Assembly (NCBI GenBank): GCA_041753135.1
Contig: JBGSVD010000003.1
Coordinates: 11,840 to 75,839, forward strand
DNA: 64,000 bases
Reading direction: 5' to 3'
Source of the DNA: Planctomycetaceae bacterium
GTDB lineage: Bacteria; Planctomycetota; Planctomycetia; Planctomycetales; Planctomycetaceae
The number at the start of each line of letters is the position of its first letter. Within the stretch, counting starts at the first letter, position 1. A program made the position numbers and the translations under genes. The notes beneath the pieces were generated by a model. The model searched no databases, was not told where the DNA came from, and saw only the letters and a program-made list of their open reading frames with translations. Below are positions 39,782 to 51,041 of the stretch, piece by piece.

Positions 39782-41230
39782 ATGCTGCGTGCATTCGCCA
39801 CGGTTGTCCTGTTCAACTCAACTTTGATTTCCAGTGCAATGCTCGCGTCGACGGCACGGGCAGACGTCAAAGATTTTCCCTACCAGGCAAAGGTCGTCGC
39901 TGCAGAGACTTATGTTCGCAGCGGAGCTGGTGACGATTACTATCCAACACAGGCGTTGTCTCGCGATGCCGTCGTCACTGTCGTTCGACACGATCCGGGC
40001 GGCTGGTACATGATCGAGCCACCGGCTGGAAGTTTCAGCTGGATTCCAGAGCGATACGTAAAGCGACTGAGCGATACAGAAGGTGAAGTCAGCGACGAAA
40101 GCATTCCCGCTTTTGTGGGAAGTGAATTCGGCGATGAATCATCGCTATTTCAGCGACGCCTGAAGACCGGGGAGAAAGTCGCGATCCTTGGTCAGAAGAA
40201 AATTGACACCACCAGCGGCATGCAATCGATGCTGAAAATTGCTCCACCCAGGAGAGAATGGCGATGGATTCCCGGAGCGGCTGTCGTGCCAGTTGATGAG
40301 CGACTTCGCCAGAAACAAAACTCGGATCCCTACAAGGTACCGGGAAACGCAAAGCGTCCGGAAGGCGCAATCGTAACGCCGCAGCAGGCTATCGAACTTC
40401 AAACCGCAATGAATGGTGATGGAGTCGCCGACGTTCCTCCGATTGGACCGAGCAGCCAGTTATCACATTTGCAGCAGCTTCGCCGAGAGCAACAGCAATT
40501 GGCGGAGATCGACAGGCGATTCCGCGACATGATTCTCCGAGACGCTTCACAATGGGATCTCGATTCAGTCGAGAACGAGTACCGCTCATTGCAACGGTCA
40601 TCAACACACAAGCCCGTTGCCGGGCAAATTGATATGCGTTATCCGGCGATCGAACGTTACCGTCGTCGGCTTGCAACTCTGATTGAACTGAAGCAGTTAA
40701 CATCCCAGACTGAAATGACGGATGCACAACTTTTAGCACGGCACTCGTCGACCAGTGGACTTGCGCCGTCAGTGATTGCCAGTGCAGGCCCCGAGTCGAT
40801 GATGTCTGCCGGACAACCACCATTGCTTGCGGACGCGTTTGAATCCTTCCTGAATCGTGACATTTCCAACATTGCGTCCAGCCAGCAGCCAGCGAATGCG
40901 GATGGCACCATTTTGAATCCACAAATTTCAGCCGATTCAACACCTGGCACCGAGAGCTTCCCTGGCGGAGTTATCAGTCCAGGAAGTCCTCAAAATCGCT
41001 TCGTCGGTGCGGGGATTGTTCAGAAAATTGCAGACGGTGGCGATGGCACCGGATATGTTCTGATGACGCCATCGGGAAAAATCCTGGCCGACCTCAAACC
41101 GACAGGCAATGTAAGTCTTGAAGAATTTGTCGGGCAACAAGTGGGTGTTCAGGGGAGTCGCTGGTCAGAGGAAGAGAAACGCGACATGATTGAAGTAATC
41201 GCACTAGAGGCTGTGCGAATACGGCAATAA
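39782..41230 (+). CDS. secreted hypothetical protein with a bacterial SH3-like domain
   Basis: Signal peptide. ETYVRSGAGDDYYPTQALSRDAVVTVVRHDPGGWYMIEPP is SH3b-like, and a second similar module lies at the C-terminus. Confidence 0.6.
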   Translation: MLRAFATVVLFNSTLISSAMLASTARADVKDFPYQAKVVAAETYVRSGAGDDYYPTQALSRDAVVTVVRHDPGGWYMIEPPAGSFSWIPERYVKRLSDTEGEVSDESIPAFVGSEFGDESSLFQRRLKTGEKVAILGQKKIDTTSGMQSMLKIAPPRREWRWIPGAAVVPVDERLRQKQNSDPYKVPGNAKRPEGAIVTPQQAIELQTAMNGDGVADVPPIGPSSQLSHLQQLRREQQQLAEIDRRFRDMILRDASQWDLDSVENEYRSLQRSSTHKPVAGQIDMRYPAIERYRRRLATLIELKQLTSQTEMTDAQLLARHSSTSGLAPSVIASAGPESMMSAGQPPLLADAFESFLNRDISNIASSQQPANADGTILNPQISADSTPGTESFPGGVISPGSPQNRFVGAGIVQKIADGGDGTGYVLMTPSGKILADLKPTGNVSLEEFVGQQVGVQGSRWSEEEKRDMIEVIALEAVRIRQ

Positions 41231-41262
41231 TTCTTTGATCTGGAGAAAACTCTGTTTGACGT

Positions 41263-41299
41263 GAAGCCTGATCTTTCCACGAAGATCAGGCTTCTTTTG
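41263..41299 (+). terminator. Rho-independent terminator
   Basis: GAAGCCTGATCTT-tccacg-AAGATCAGGCTTC followed by TTTTGC. Confidence 0.7.
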
Positions 41300-41424
41300 C
41301 ATAGTGATGAACCCAATGATGCAATTGCGATCATGAGGCACCACCAGGAGCTTCTATTTTAGTGTAAGCCAGAGTTCTTCTTCCAGGTTGCCGCAATCAA
41401 CATCGCGAAGCGTTTCAGTCTCGA

Positions 41425-44244
41425 CTATTTGGTCGCGGCTGTTTTTGCTTCGATGGATTCACGGTGACGAACATGCAGCATTACAGGTTTCGTTGTGATC
41501 CCACCATCGACATTTGACTTGAGGTAAAAGGGACGGCTGGTCTCCGGGACCCATTTGGCAACCGTTATGAAAAACTCTCGTTCGTTTTGTCCTTGAAGCA
41601 ACATCAGACCGTTGAGTCCAATATTGTCCACGAACACACCATGTGGCATATTTCGTCCAGAATCTTCCTTCCCGAATTCGACGAGCCCATCGTGTTCCAG
41701 CCGTTCAACTTTCAAAAAAGCATTTACCGTTTCACCAGCCCAAACGGTTAGCTCAGGCGTGTGATCTGTCTGTCCGGAAGCATGCTGTTCGGACGAATGG
41801 ATCGTGACAAGAATTTTTGGTTTCTCAGAAAGCTTCAGAGATTTCATGCCACCAATATCATGAATCATTTCTTTCTGGCCTATGCGAGCTCTTGCTTTGA
41901 ACTGAATTTTGGAAACAGCGTCGTCAGTCGGCTGCACGGCATCGTGGGAAGCCAACAGTGTTGCGAATGCCTGTCGCTGCTCATCCTGAATCAGGATCGG
42001 ATCCGAAAGCGTGAACCCGACTGGTAGATTTTCCGCGAAGATCTCGATAGGCCCGTCATACCCGTCTAAACGAGTGGCAGTGAAACTGACTTCCCGCCCG
42101 GTATCCTTATGAACAGTCAGTTCATTTCCGGTCATCGACACAGTGAAGTCAGGCTGAGGCGAACGCAACGTCAGTTGATACTTAAATTCAGCGCCGTGAA
42201 ATCCTCGCGCGTCGCGAATGCGAACAAGGTAGGAACCATCGTTTGGCGCAACAAACGTGAGGCGAGAATCCTTGCCCCATTGCCTCATCGGATCATCGTC
42301 GTTTTCGTAGTAGACAGGAAATACGGGCAACCCCGTGTCATTCAAAACTGCGGTTGGGCCATATGGCGTCACGACAAATGCTGGCCCCTGAAGTGGGTGC
42401 GACGTCGGCGTTGTTCCGAAGTACGTCTGCCGATTTCCAAAGCCTGGATAGACCTTGAAGCCAGAGTCCGGACCACGGGGATAAAGCCATAGCTTGACCA
42501 CTTCACCGTCGGCGTAGAGATACTCGTTGAGCTCCATTTCCTGCCAATTGAAAAGCCGAAAGTCATCACTTGTGTCGGAGTCTTTGCCTCTGAACGTGAA
42601 ATAGGAATCTCGCACAGCCTGAAGCTGTGTTTGCAGAATTGGCTTTCCGCTGGGATCAACAACTTCGACGATTGAATCCAATGGCGATTTATCTCGAGAT
42701 GCCCGAACTTCAACGACAATCGGCTGCCCCATTTTTGCATCAACGCGAAAGACATCGACGTCTGCCAGACTATCAATGCCGCCATCAATCAGTCCTGCAA
42801 CGGAAACCGGGAATGAAACTGACTGAGCATTGACAGCATCGTTATTGGGTTCGACTTCTGTAATCTTCTGAACTGCATCATCGGTCGCATCTGCAATTGC
42901 GATTTGCGGCATCGATTCTGCCAATTCTATCGGGGCTGAAATCGCAGGGATCGCCAGAATTTTTCTTTGATCGCTGGAAGTTGTGATCAGAACACTGGAT
43001 TCGCCATTATCGAATGCGACGCTGCTGGCAAGATCGTTCGTCAGCGTCTCGGCAAAGATCTCTGATACCGTTTCCGCATTCCAGATCTTGATTGAGCCGC
43101 TGTCAGATGCGGTCACCAGGAAGCGACCGTCAGCTGAAATGTCCATTTTGGAAATAGCTCCCTCGTGGGCAAATCGAGAAATCAAAATTGGATTGATCTC
43201 AGGCGATGTTTTTGAAATCAATTGCCACTTGCGAATGCGACTGTCGGCCCCTGAACCATAGATAACGCGGCCGTCGGGGCTGAACGCAACCGAATACTGT
43301 TCCGCTTGCGGCTGACTGAGCGTGTCGAAGCGTTCGCCACTCGCGACGTGCCAAATCTTGATCGTAGAGTCTGCGCTTGCTGAAGCGAGCAACGATCCGT
43401 CGGGGCTGAACTCCAGATCAAAGATTGCACCGTTATGTCCATTCAACTCGCGAAGTTTTTTGCCAGTGTGTGCATCGTGCAAAATGATCCGGCGGTCGTA
43501 TCCGGCAGTGGCGACAACCTTTTCATCGGGACTCCAGCGAGCCGCGTAGAGAATGTCGTCATGTCCGGCGAATTCCCGTATGATCGTTGTTGCCCCCAGC
43601 TCAGCTTCGATCGCTCTGCCGGAAAGTCCTGGGGTTCCAGTTGCGGCCAGAATTCGTTTCCCATCAGACGATAGTTGAAGCCCATTGACTTTCCCATCGG
43701 GCACAGTCAGGCTCCATTGTTGTTTGCCTGTGGATTTCACCTGCTGTTCAATTTTCCGAAATGTGCCGATCAAAAGGCTTTCACCGTCTGGAGAGACCGT
43801 CATTGCCAACACAGGGTTGCGAACGTGACCAGCCGTAACGGCAATTTGCGGAAGCGAAGGAAGCACGGCCATACGACTATCAAACGTGGCACCTTCCTTA
43901 AGCCATCGTGTGAGAATCGCAAGTTCTTCGGACGACATTTGCGGCTCATCAGCCGGCGGCATGTGATCTTCACCGGGACTGCTCACAACTTTGAGAAGCA
44001 GACCGTCTGAGGGAGCAGCTTCGTTCAGGACGACTCCGTTTTCTCCGCCTTTGAGAATATCATCAGGAGCCTGCAGGGACAGTCCGTTCTGAGAATCAAC
44101 TCGGCTGTGGCAACTCACACAGTAAGTGCGAAGAATGGGGGCAATCTGAGTCGAATATTTGACAGGCTCTTCACCACCTCTGGCAATTGAGAAAACTGTC
44201 ACACTGATGACGCAAATGCAACTCAGACGCGACTTCAGGCCCAT
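41425..44244 (-). CDS. large exported protein: planctomycete cytochrome-c-type (CxxCH) domain + WD40 repeats + pre-peptidase C-terminal-like domain
   Basis: YCVSCHS...DHMPP...LTRWLKEGA. There are multiple GH...D...SPDG...ASAD..IKIW WD40 units, then EVEPNND...DVDVFRV. Confidence 0.85.
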   Translation of the reverse strand: MGLKSRLSCICVISVTVFSIARGGEEPVKYSTQIAPILRTYCVSCHSRVDSQNGLSLQAPDDILKGGENGVVLNEAAPSDGLLLKVVSSPGEDHMPPADEPQMSSEELAILTRWLKEGATFDSRMAVLPSLPQIAVTAGHVRNPVLAMTVSPDGESLLIGTFRKIEQQVKSTGKQQWSLTVPDGKVNGLQLSSDGKRILAATGTPGLSGRAIEAELGATTIIREFAGHDDILYAARWSPDEKVVATAGYDRRIILHDAHTGKKLRELNGHNGAIFDLEFSPDGSLLASASADSTIKIWHVASGERFDTLSQPQAEQYSVAFSPDGRVIYGSGADSRIRKWQLISKTSPEINPILISRFAHEGAISKMDISADGRFLVTASDSGSIKIWNAETVSEIFAETLTNDLASSVAFDNGESSVLITTSSDQRKILAIPAISAPIELAESMPQIAIADATDDAVQKITEVEPNNDAVNAQSVSFPVSVAGLIDGGIDSLADVDVFRVDAKMGQPIVVEVRASRDKSPLDSIVEVVDPSGKPILQTQLQAVRDSYFTFRGKDSDTSDDFRLFNWQEMELNEYLYADGEVVKLWLYPRGPDSGFKVYPGFGNRQTYFGTTPTSHPLQGPAFVVTPYGPTAVLNDTGLPVFPVYYENDDDPMRQWGKDSRLTFVAPNDGSYLVRIRDARGFHGAEFKYQLTLRSPQPDFTVSMTGNELTVHKDTGREVSFTATRLDGYDGPIEIFAENLPVGFTLSDPILIQDEQRQAFATLLASHDAVQPTDDAVSKIQFKARARIGQKEMIHDIGGMKSLKLSEKPKILVTIHSSEQHASGQTDHTPELTVWAGETVNAFLKVERLEHDGLVEFGKEDSGRNMPHGVFVDNIGLNGLMLLQGQNEREFFITVAKWVPETSRPFYLKSNVDGGITTKPVMLHVRHRESIEAKTAATK

Positions 44245-44303
44245 CGTTACATCCTCAACACGAAAACCGGATCAACTTATTCGAATGCTGGAACCACCAG
44301 CAC

Positions 44304-45134
44304 TCACGATTGTGGTCCGAATTGATCCCGCGTGCAAGCAGTCGAGCACCGCGAACGAGTCATCCTGAGCAGGTGCAAGCGCCGGTCACGTCGAATTGCA
44401 TTTCGAAATAATGCAAGACAAGCGAGTAACGCTCCTGAAAAGGCTCCTGGTTCTGGCACTGCGACTGTTAACGTCGGTTGCGTGAATCGTAATCCGCCAA
44501 TGCTTGCTGTCGTCCCCGCGCCGCTTAAAAGTTCGAGTCGCACTATCGAATCGGCAGCAATGATGAGATCATTGCCAGTCAGGTCATTATCGAAGTCCGT
44601 TGACTCGAAGAGATCGTCGGTCCCCTGATCGGTGATAATCAATGCGCCTCCCTGTCGTCCTCCCACGCTGTAGCTGGAGTTGAAAACGACACCAGGATTT
44701 CCGGGCAAGATCGAGAGACCAAAAAATGACGGCGACCAGATCAGGAATTGATCGCCGCCATCAAGCGATCTCAGGTCAATCGCATCCAACCGCAGCGGAC
44801 CATTCCATGAAAACTCAAGATACTCGCCAGGTTCAAAGAAGTCGGCACTGATTCCGGCACTGGAGTTAATCCCAAGTCCGGAAGTTGCTGAGACCGACGT
44901 TTCGCCACCAGCACCTATTTCGGAGACCAGCATCGAAAGAGTGTCACCAGAGACAGTGTCCAGGAAAGGAATGACATCACCATCTTTCAGGCCATGCAGC
45001 AAATCACCGTTTCCTGTTGAAAAATCATTCGTCAAATCTGTCGAAAATGAACCAATGAGTATATCGGCGCAGCTGTTCGTCGGCAGAATAGCTGCCACCA
45101 AAATAGCAGCCGCAATGGTGCGTGTGACGTTCAT
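44304..45134 (-). CDS. PEP-CTERM-anchored secreted protein
   Basis: Signal peptide MNVTRTIAAAILVAAILPTNSCA. The C-terminus is VPEPGAFSGALLACLALF...RRDRR. Confidence 0.7.
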   Translation of the reverse strand: MNVTRTIAAAILVAAILPTNSCADILIGSFSTDLTNDFSTGNGDLLHGLKDGDVIPFLDTVSGDTLSMLVSEIGAGGETSVSATSGLGINSSAGISADFFEPGEYLEFSWNGPLRLDAIDLRSLDGGDQFLIWSPSFFGLSILPGNPGVVFNSSYSVGGRQGGALIITDQGTDDLFESTDFDNDLTGNDLIIAADSIVRLELLSGAGTTASIGGLRFTQPTLTVAVPEPGAFSGALLACLALFRNAIRRDRRLHLLRMTRSRCSTACTRDQFGPQS

Positions 45135-45440
45135 GGTGTGTCTCTCGTGGTGTGTTTTGCTTTCTCGGGGCGAGCTCATAAAACTCACGGGCACTGGCAA
45201 TTTAGGAATTGCCTGTACGGATGCAAGCGTCTTGTCTGGTCGAAATTTCCCGGTGCGAGCCTCTCACTTGGGTGTCCGTAGCCAGTGGATGCCCCCTTGG
45301 TACGTCGCCCTTCCCGGTGGTTTCAGCCAGCCCTGGTTGCAATGTGGAGCATTCAAGGAAATCATTTCTGGTGCTGCGTTGTCGAACCAAGCCCCCGACC
45401 GTTTTGATGCACCTTCGCGTCTTTTTTTTCAGAGACTCCA

Positions 45441-45863
45441 ATGAAATCGATAACTGAATATCTGACGTTCACGCTCGCAGAGCGAATGGCTTTCCTGAAC
45501 ATTACACCACAGATCGAAGCGATTGTTCGCAAGAGTGGTGTTAAGGAAGGGCTGTTGCTTTGCAATGCGATGCACATTACCGCTTCCGTTTTCATCAATG
45601 ATGATGAAGCAGGACTACACGCAGACTACAAGGAATGGCTGGAAACACTCGCGCCATTTGACGCCTCTCCGCAACGATACGCCCACAATCGAACAGGGGA
45701 AGACAACGCGGATGCTCACATGAAGCGTCAGATAATGGGGCGTGAAGTTGTCGTCGCAATCACTGACGGTCGCCTTGACTTTGGCCCTTGGGAGCAGATT
45801 TTCTATGGGGAATTTGACGGCAGACGGCCCAAAAAAGTGCTCGTCAAGATCATCGGCGAATAG
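45441..45863 (+). CDS. YjbQ/UPF0047-family protein
   Basis: [20 protein letters not shown]...[12 protein letters not shown]...[13 protein letters not shown]. Confidence 0.85.
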   Translation: MKSITEYLTFTLAERMAFLNITPQIEAIVRKSGVKEGLLLCNAMHITASVFINDDEAGLHADYKEWLETLAPFDASPQRYAHNRTGEDNADAHMKRQIMGREVVVAITDGRLDFGPWEQIFYGEFDGRRPKKVLVKIIGE

Positions 45864-46100
45864 CTCCAGGAAGTAATCGGTGCTGTTGGTCGGCCCAAAC
45901 ATAGGTTTTGGCAGGTAATTTCAGCATCACGGTGTCGAGGACGTTCGGCGGGCGTTTGTGGCTTTCCAGTCCAAATTTCCTGGTGGGTGACATTTTTAGC
46001 ATCGACTTTCCACAGCTTGACCTTACTTTGTCGCAATTCTTATACTCCCGGCTTGATCGTTCAGTGTTTCGAAGTTTTACCGCAAGAAAGTTCCCCGACG

Positions 46101-47132
46101 ATGTCGGATCGACACTACGTACACCACGAAGACGAAATCGCTCTGGCCAAGATTCTGAAAGAATCCAAGCCGTGGATGGAGCAATACGGCACGACTCTGA
46201 TTTACGGATTGGCAGCGATTTTGGCCGTTGCGGCCGTCGTTGTTTATATCGCCCGTCGTCCTCCAGCAACCGCTGCTGAATCCGCAGCTTTGCTGCTGGC
46301 ATCGACTCCGGAAGATTACCGGGATTTGGCTGACAAAACGCCGAACTCTCCGATCGGAACAGTGGCTCGACTTCGTCAGGCGGAACTTTCGCTGACGAAT
46401 GCGATGAGCAATATGTTTACTAACCGCGCCGTCGGGGTTGAAGAATTGAAGAATGCTGGTGTCACTTTCGAGCTACTCGCAGGACGCACTGATCTGAAGG
46501 GTGACTTGCGTGAACGCGTATTAGCAGGTGTCGCTCGGGTTCTTGAAGCAAAATGTGACGGCTCCGATGAGACTACAAAGTCGGCTATCGCTGCCTGGGA
46601 AAAACTGCTCAAGGAGTTTCCGGATTCGAAGATGTTCAAGGACGTCGCGGACAGTCGAGTTAAGAAGTTGTCGCAGGATTCCTCCAAGTCGTTTTACGGC
46701 TGGTTCGCCAAGTTGGATCCGAAACCGGGCGACGATCTTCAGCTTCCACAAGATGGTCCAGGTGCCGTTCCAGAAATTCCAATAGGTGACATGCTAAAGC
46801 TGTCTTCTCCGGTTGTTCCAGCTGAAGGAACACCGGCACCGGCTGAAGGAACACCAGCTCCAGCGGAAGGAACACCGGCACCGGCTGAAGGAACACCGGC
46901 TCCGGCGGAGGGAACACCGGCACCAGCGGAGGGAACACCAGCACCGGCGGAAGGAACGCCAGCTCCAGCGGAAGGAACACCGGCACCAGCGGAAGGAACA
47001 CCGGCACCAGCGGAAGGAACACCGGCACCAGCGGAAGGAACACCGGCACCAGCGGAAGGAACACCGGCACCAGCTGAAGGAACACCGGCACCAGCGGAAG
47101 GAACTCAGACGCCTGAGAAATCCGGGGAATGA
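46101..47132 (+). CDS. single-pass membrane protein with a helical periplasmic domain and a C-terminal (AEGTPAP)n low-complexity tail
   Basis: [23 protein letters not shown]. The stop overlaps the rluD start (ATGA at 47129-47132). Confidence 0.7.
   Translation: MSDRHYVHHEDEIALAKILKESKPWMEQYGTTLIYGLAAILAVAAVVVYIARRPPATAAESAALLLASTPEDYRDLADKTPNSPIGTVARLRQAELSLTNAMSNMFTNRAVGVEELKNAGVTFELLAGRTDLKGDLRERVLAGVARVLEAKCDGSDETTKSAIAAWEKLLKEFPDSKMFKDVADSRVKKLSQDSSKSFYGWFAKLDPKPGDDLQLPQDGPGAVPEIPIGDMLKLSSPVVPAEGTPAPAEGTPAPAEGTPAPAEGTPAPAEGTPAPAEGTPAPAEGTPAPAEGTPAPAEGTPAPAEGTPAPAEGTPAPAEGTPAPAEGTPAPAEGTQTPEKSGE
46821..47114 (+). repeat. 21 bp in-frame tandem repeat, 13 full units plus one degenerate unit
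   Basis: GC(G/T)GA(A/G)GGAACACC(G/A)GC(A/T)CC(A/G). Units 8-12 (46968-47072) are identical. Confidence 0.95.
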
Positions 47133-48238
47133 CGTTCGAGTCTGGCTCTGCTCCCGGTTCGGCGGACGATGGAATTGAACCCTTGTCCGCTGAAGATCTT
47201 GCCCACCTTGAGGAACCAATCGATATCACTGTGGAGTCACGCGCACACGGTTGGCGATTGGATCATTATCTGAATCGATTGTTTCCCAATCACAGTCGTG
47301 CCCAGTTGCAGCGTGCCATCGATGCGGGTGGAGTGAAACTCAACGGCCTGGCCCCAAAAGCTTCCAGGCGACTCAGGGTTAACGATCGTGTCTGGATACA
47401 ACTTCCGGATGCCGAAGAGTCAACGATCGAAGCAGAAGATCTGCCGCTGCATGTTCTTTATGAAGACGACGCGATTATTGTCGTCAACAAACAGGCGAAC
47501 ATGGTTGTGCATCCGGGTCGAGGCAACTCGAAAGGCACGCTGGCCAGTGCTTTGCAATACCATTTTAACACGCTGAGTGATGTCGCGGGCCGTCATAGGC
47601 CAGGCATTGTTCACCGCCTGGACCGAGACACCACGGGTGTGATTCTGATTGCGAAGGACAATCAGGTTCACCAGAAGATCAGCAGTCAGTTTGAACGCCG
47701 CGAAGTCCGAAAAGAATACCGAGCCATTGTGCGAGGTGTTCCAGAAATCGCATCTGATTACATCCGAACGTTTGTATGCACCCATCCGCGTATTCGAGAA
47801 AAAATGATCGTTTGCCCGGAAGGCGGAACTGCGCGAGAGGCTGTGACTTTTTACAAGACGGCGGAGGCATTCGGCGGATATGCCTTTATAGACCTGCATC
47901 CGCAAACCGGACGAACTCATCAACTTCGGGTTCACATGCAGCACATTGCGACTCCGATTGTTGCAGACCGCATGTATATCGGGCAGTCCGCGCTGTTAAA
48001 ATCTGAAGTGATGAATACGTTCAGCAAATTCCGGGGAGGACGATCCGTCACAGCCGCGAGTGTAGACCCCGCGAATACTGATGACGTTCTGATCGCGCGA
48101 CAGGCACTGCATGCATATCGGCTTACAATCCGGCACCCCGGTTCTGGCCGCGAAATGCAGTTTGAGGCACCATTGCCTGACGATTTTCTTCGAACACTGG
48201 AGTTTCTGAGATCTACAGCTTTACAGAACTCTCCCTGA
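47129..48238 (+). CDS. rluD: RluA-family 23S rRNA pseudouridine synthase (RluD-like, with S4 domain)
   Basis: [22 protein letters not shown], and an N-terminal S4 module. Confidence 0.9.
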   Translation: MTFESGSAPGSADDGIEPLSAEDLAHLEEPIDITVESRAHGWRLDHYLNRLFPNHSRAQLQRAIDAGGVKLNGLAPKASRRLRVNDRVWIQLPDAEESTIEAEDLPLHVLYEDDAIIVVNKQANMVVHPGRGNSKGTLASALQYHFNTLSDVAGRHRPGIVHRLDRDTTGVILIAKDNQVHQKISSQFERREVRKEYRAIVRGVPEIASDYIRTFVCTHPRIREKMIVCPEGGTAREAVTFYKTAEAFGGYAFIDLHPQTGRTHQLRVHMQHIATPIVADRMYIGQSALLKSEVMNTFSKFRGGRSVTAASVDPANTDDVLIARQALHAYRLTIRHPGSGREMQFEAPLPDDFLRTLEFLRSTALQNSP

Positions 48239-48393
48239 TTTGCGGGACGCAAGTGGCTGCGTTACCCTGCGGAATTGCATTTGTATTGCAGATGAAATTC
48301 GTAATTTTGGCGCTATAAACAGAAGTTCACAGACCTACTGACCGGTTTTCCCCGGTTGACGTGTTGAGCAAAGAAGTCAGGAAGTTACTTCGA

Positions 48394-50358
48394 ATGAGCG
48401 AACCCTCAGGCAATCCTTCACCTAAACCTCCAGCGCAGAAACCCTCTGGACAATCCGGCGGGGAACCACGTCGATCGAACTTCGGTTCCATGACGATGAT
48501 TCTATTGCTGATTGCCGTAGTCTTTGCGTTCTTTTCTTACAGCACGTCGCCGTCAAACTACGGCACAACGATCCCGTATTCCTTCTTCTTTCGCCAATTG
48601 GAGAATGCAACACCGGAGAAGGCAACCGTCAAATCGGTGACCTTTCACGGCGAAATGCTGACTGGTGACTGGGAGAATATTCCCGTTGAGCGACCGAATG
48701 GTCTGACCGGCACATTGTCTGCCAAGTTCAACACAGTTTTGCCTCCGGAATTGGCCCACAATCAGGCGATTATGCCTGAGCTGATGAAGCACAACGTGGA
48801 AATTGTTGTGGCACCAGTCAGCGTCGTGAACGGTACAGAGATGCTGCTTTGGATCCTGATGCCGCTTGCTCTGATCTTTGTGATGTGGACGATCATGCGT
48901 CGTTCTTCGGATCCATTCAGTAGTGGCGGGATGATGGGAGGATTCATTCGCAGTCAGGCTCGCCGCTTTGAGAAGTCAGAGAATGCCGTCACCTTCAATG
49001 AGGTCGCCGGGCTGAAATCTGCAAAGCAGGATCTTCAGGAAGTCGTTGAGTTTCTTAAGACGCCCAAAAGATTTACGCGTCTGGGAGCAAAAATTCCAAA
49101 GGGAGTTTTGCTGGTCGGGCCTCCTGGGACGGGAAAGACATTACTTGCTCGCGCGACGGCCGGAGAGGCTGGCGTTCCTTTCTTTTCGATCAATGGGTCC
49201 GAATTTATTCAGATGTTTGTTGGTGTCGGTGCGACTCGTGTGAGAGATCTGTTCAAGACAGCCCGCGAAGCTTCTCCGTGTATCATCTTCATTGACGAAA
49301 TCGATGCCGTTGGTCGAGTGCGTGGCGCTGGCGTTGGTGGCGGCCATGATGAACGTGAACAAACGCTTAATCAGATTCTTAGCGAGATGGACGGCTTCCA
49401 GCAGGGAGATACCGTTATCGTGCTGGCTGCGACAAATCGATCCGACGTACTTGACCCCGCGTTGCTTCGTCCGGGACGCTTCGATCGCCATGTGACCGTG
49501 GACCTCCCGGCAAAAGAAGGCCGACTTGGTATCCTGAAAGTGCACACTCGCAAAGTGCCGATGGCCGATGACGTCAATCTGGAAAGCATTGCCAGGACGA
49601 CAATGGGATTCAGCGGGGCTGAGCTCGAAAAGCTGGTTAACGAAGCAGCCCTCAAGGCCGCTCGTGATGAGAAACGCTCCGTGGAGATGAGCGACTTCCG
49701 ATATGCACAGGACATTGTCACGATGGGTGTTCCGCGTGACGAACAAATGGATAAGAAAGAGAAAACACTGACCGCTTGGCACGAAGCTGGACATGCCGTT
49801 CTGGCCTGGGCTCAGGAGGGAATGGACCCTGTCCATAAAGTCTCGATCGTTCCGCGTGGCAGAACGCTCGGTGTCACTCAGCTGATGCCGGAGAGCGAGA
49901 TCAACAACCTCGGTGAACGGATCCTCAAGGCGAGGATCGTCATGACGATGGGTGGTCGTGCCGCCGAAAAGATGATCTTCAACGAATACTCTGCAGGAGC
50001 TCAGGGAGACATTTCTCAGGCAACGCAGATTGCTCGTCGCATGGTGGCCAGCTGGGGGATGTCTGAGGTCATCGGTCCGGTCGCGTTTCGACAGTCGGAA
50101 GAGCACCCATTTCTCGGCAAAGAAATGCACACCTATCGCGAGTTCAGTGAAGAAACAACCCATCTGATAGACGTGGAGGTCCAGCGAATCATCAAGGAAG
50201 CTGAGCAAACCGCTATCAAGCTGCTAACTCAGTATCGCTCCAAACTGGAAGACCTTGTTGCGGCATTGCTGGAAACAGAAGATTTGGAACGTGAAGCTGT
50301 CGAGAAGATTCTTGGAGAGCGTCCAACTGCGTCCACTGAAAAATCGGAACGTGAATAG
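48394..50358 (+). CDS. ftsH: ATP-dependent zinc metalloprotease FtsH
   Basis: [20 protein letters not shown], the SRH motif, and HEAGHA. Confidence 0.95.
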   Translation: MSEPSGNPSPKPPAQKPSGQSGGEPRRSNFGSMTMILLLIAVVFAFFSYSTSPSNYGTTIPYSFFFRQLENATPEKATVKSVTFHGEMLTGDWENIPVERPNGLTGTLSAKFNTVLPPELAHNQAIMPELMKHNVEIVVAPVSVVNGTEMLLWILMPLALIFVMWTIMRRSSDPFSSGGMMGGFIRSQARRFEKSENAVTFNEVAGLKSAKQDLQEVVEFLKTPKRFTRLGAKIPKGVLLVGPPGTGKTLLARATAGEAGVPFFSINGSEFIQMFVGVGATRVRDLFKTAREASPCIIFIDEIDAVGRVRGAGVGGGHDEREQTLNQILSEMDGFQQGDTVIVLAATNRSDVLDPALLRPGRFDRHVTVDLPAKEGRLGILKVHTRKVPMADDVNLESIARTTMGFSGAELEKLVNEAALKAARDEKRSVEMSDFRYAQDIVTMGVPRDEQMDKKEKTLTAWHEAGHAVLAWAQEGMDPVHKVSIVPRGRTLGVTQLMPESEINNLGERILKARIVMTMGGRAAEKMIFNEYSAGAQGDISQATQIARRMVASWGMSEVIGPVAFRQSEEHPFLGKEMHTYREFSEETTHLIDVEVQRIIKEAEQTAIKLLTQYRSKLEDLVAALLETEDLEREAVEKILGERPTASTEKSERE

Positions 50359-50600
50359 ACAGAATTTCCTGCGTTCCCCGGGGTGCTGATCGAGTCGCGG
50401 CGATGTGATTCTGCTTTCAGTGCAGACCTCGGTTATCCTGATCGTCGGGGATGATCAGGAGGAACTCTTGATCGGACGCTCTGCGACAGGATTGAGGGGC
50501 AATATCCCCGGAAGAAGCACTTCGCGTCGACAACAGCGGGCAACGCGTTTCAACTTGAGTAAGATCAGGCACTTCGTTTTTTCTGGCGAGCTTGAAAGTG

Positions 50601-51035
50601 ATGTCCGGTTGGTATCAGACAGAGATCGTGCTTCCAGCATATCCAAGAGGATGTCATCTGGTGACCGCGCATGTCCTGCGAGATCTGCCGCAGCTTCGGC
50701 GATGCCGCGTTGGATTAATGCACGTCTTTATTCAGCATACTTCTGCGTCACTAACAATCAATGAGAACGCCGATCCGGATGTCCCCGATGATCTTGGCAT
50801 GGCCCTCGACAAGCTCGCGCCGGAATCATGGCCCTATCGCCATACCTGCGAAGGTTCAGATGACATGCCTGCGCATGTGAAGTCGACTCTGACGGGAACG
50901 TCACTGTCGATTCCGATTGCAGATGGGCGATTGCTGACAGGGACATGGCAGGGGATTTACCTCTGCGAACATCGTAACAACGGTGGTCGCAGACATCTGA
51001 TCGTTACGATGCAGGGGCAATTTGAGGAGACCTGA
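50601..51035 (+). CDS. YjbQ/UPF0047-family protein (second paralog)
   Basis: GLMHVFIQHTSASLTINENADP...DDMPAHVKSTLTG...GTWQGIYLCEHR. Confidence 0.85.
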   Translation: MSGWYQTEIVLPAYPRGCHLVTAHVLRDLPQLRRCRVGLMHVFIQHTSASLTINENADPDVPDDLGMALDKLAPESWPYRHTCEGSDDMPAHVKSTLTGTSLSIPIADGRLLTGTWQGIYLCEHRNNGGRRHLIVTMQGQFEET

Positions 51036-51041
51036 TTTTTC

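Noticed and set aside
46660-47229. ORFs 46660..47229(-), 46794..47219(-) and 46813..47178(+) over the 21 bp tandem repeat
   Set aside because: They are artefacts of a stop-free tandem repeat in all frames. The sense frame is continuous with a TM-containing protein and is coupled to rluD.
49141-50208. 355 aa antisense ORF within ftsH, and similar long antisense ORFs at 3292..4062 (pyk), 25781..26497 (PP2C), 34001..34645 (obg), 29829..30374 (lnt) and 47420..47944 (rluD)
   Set aside because: The opposite strand carries unmistakable conserved genes. The antisense translations have no recognisable motifs and show biased composition.
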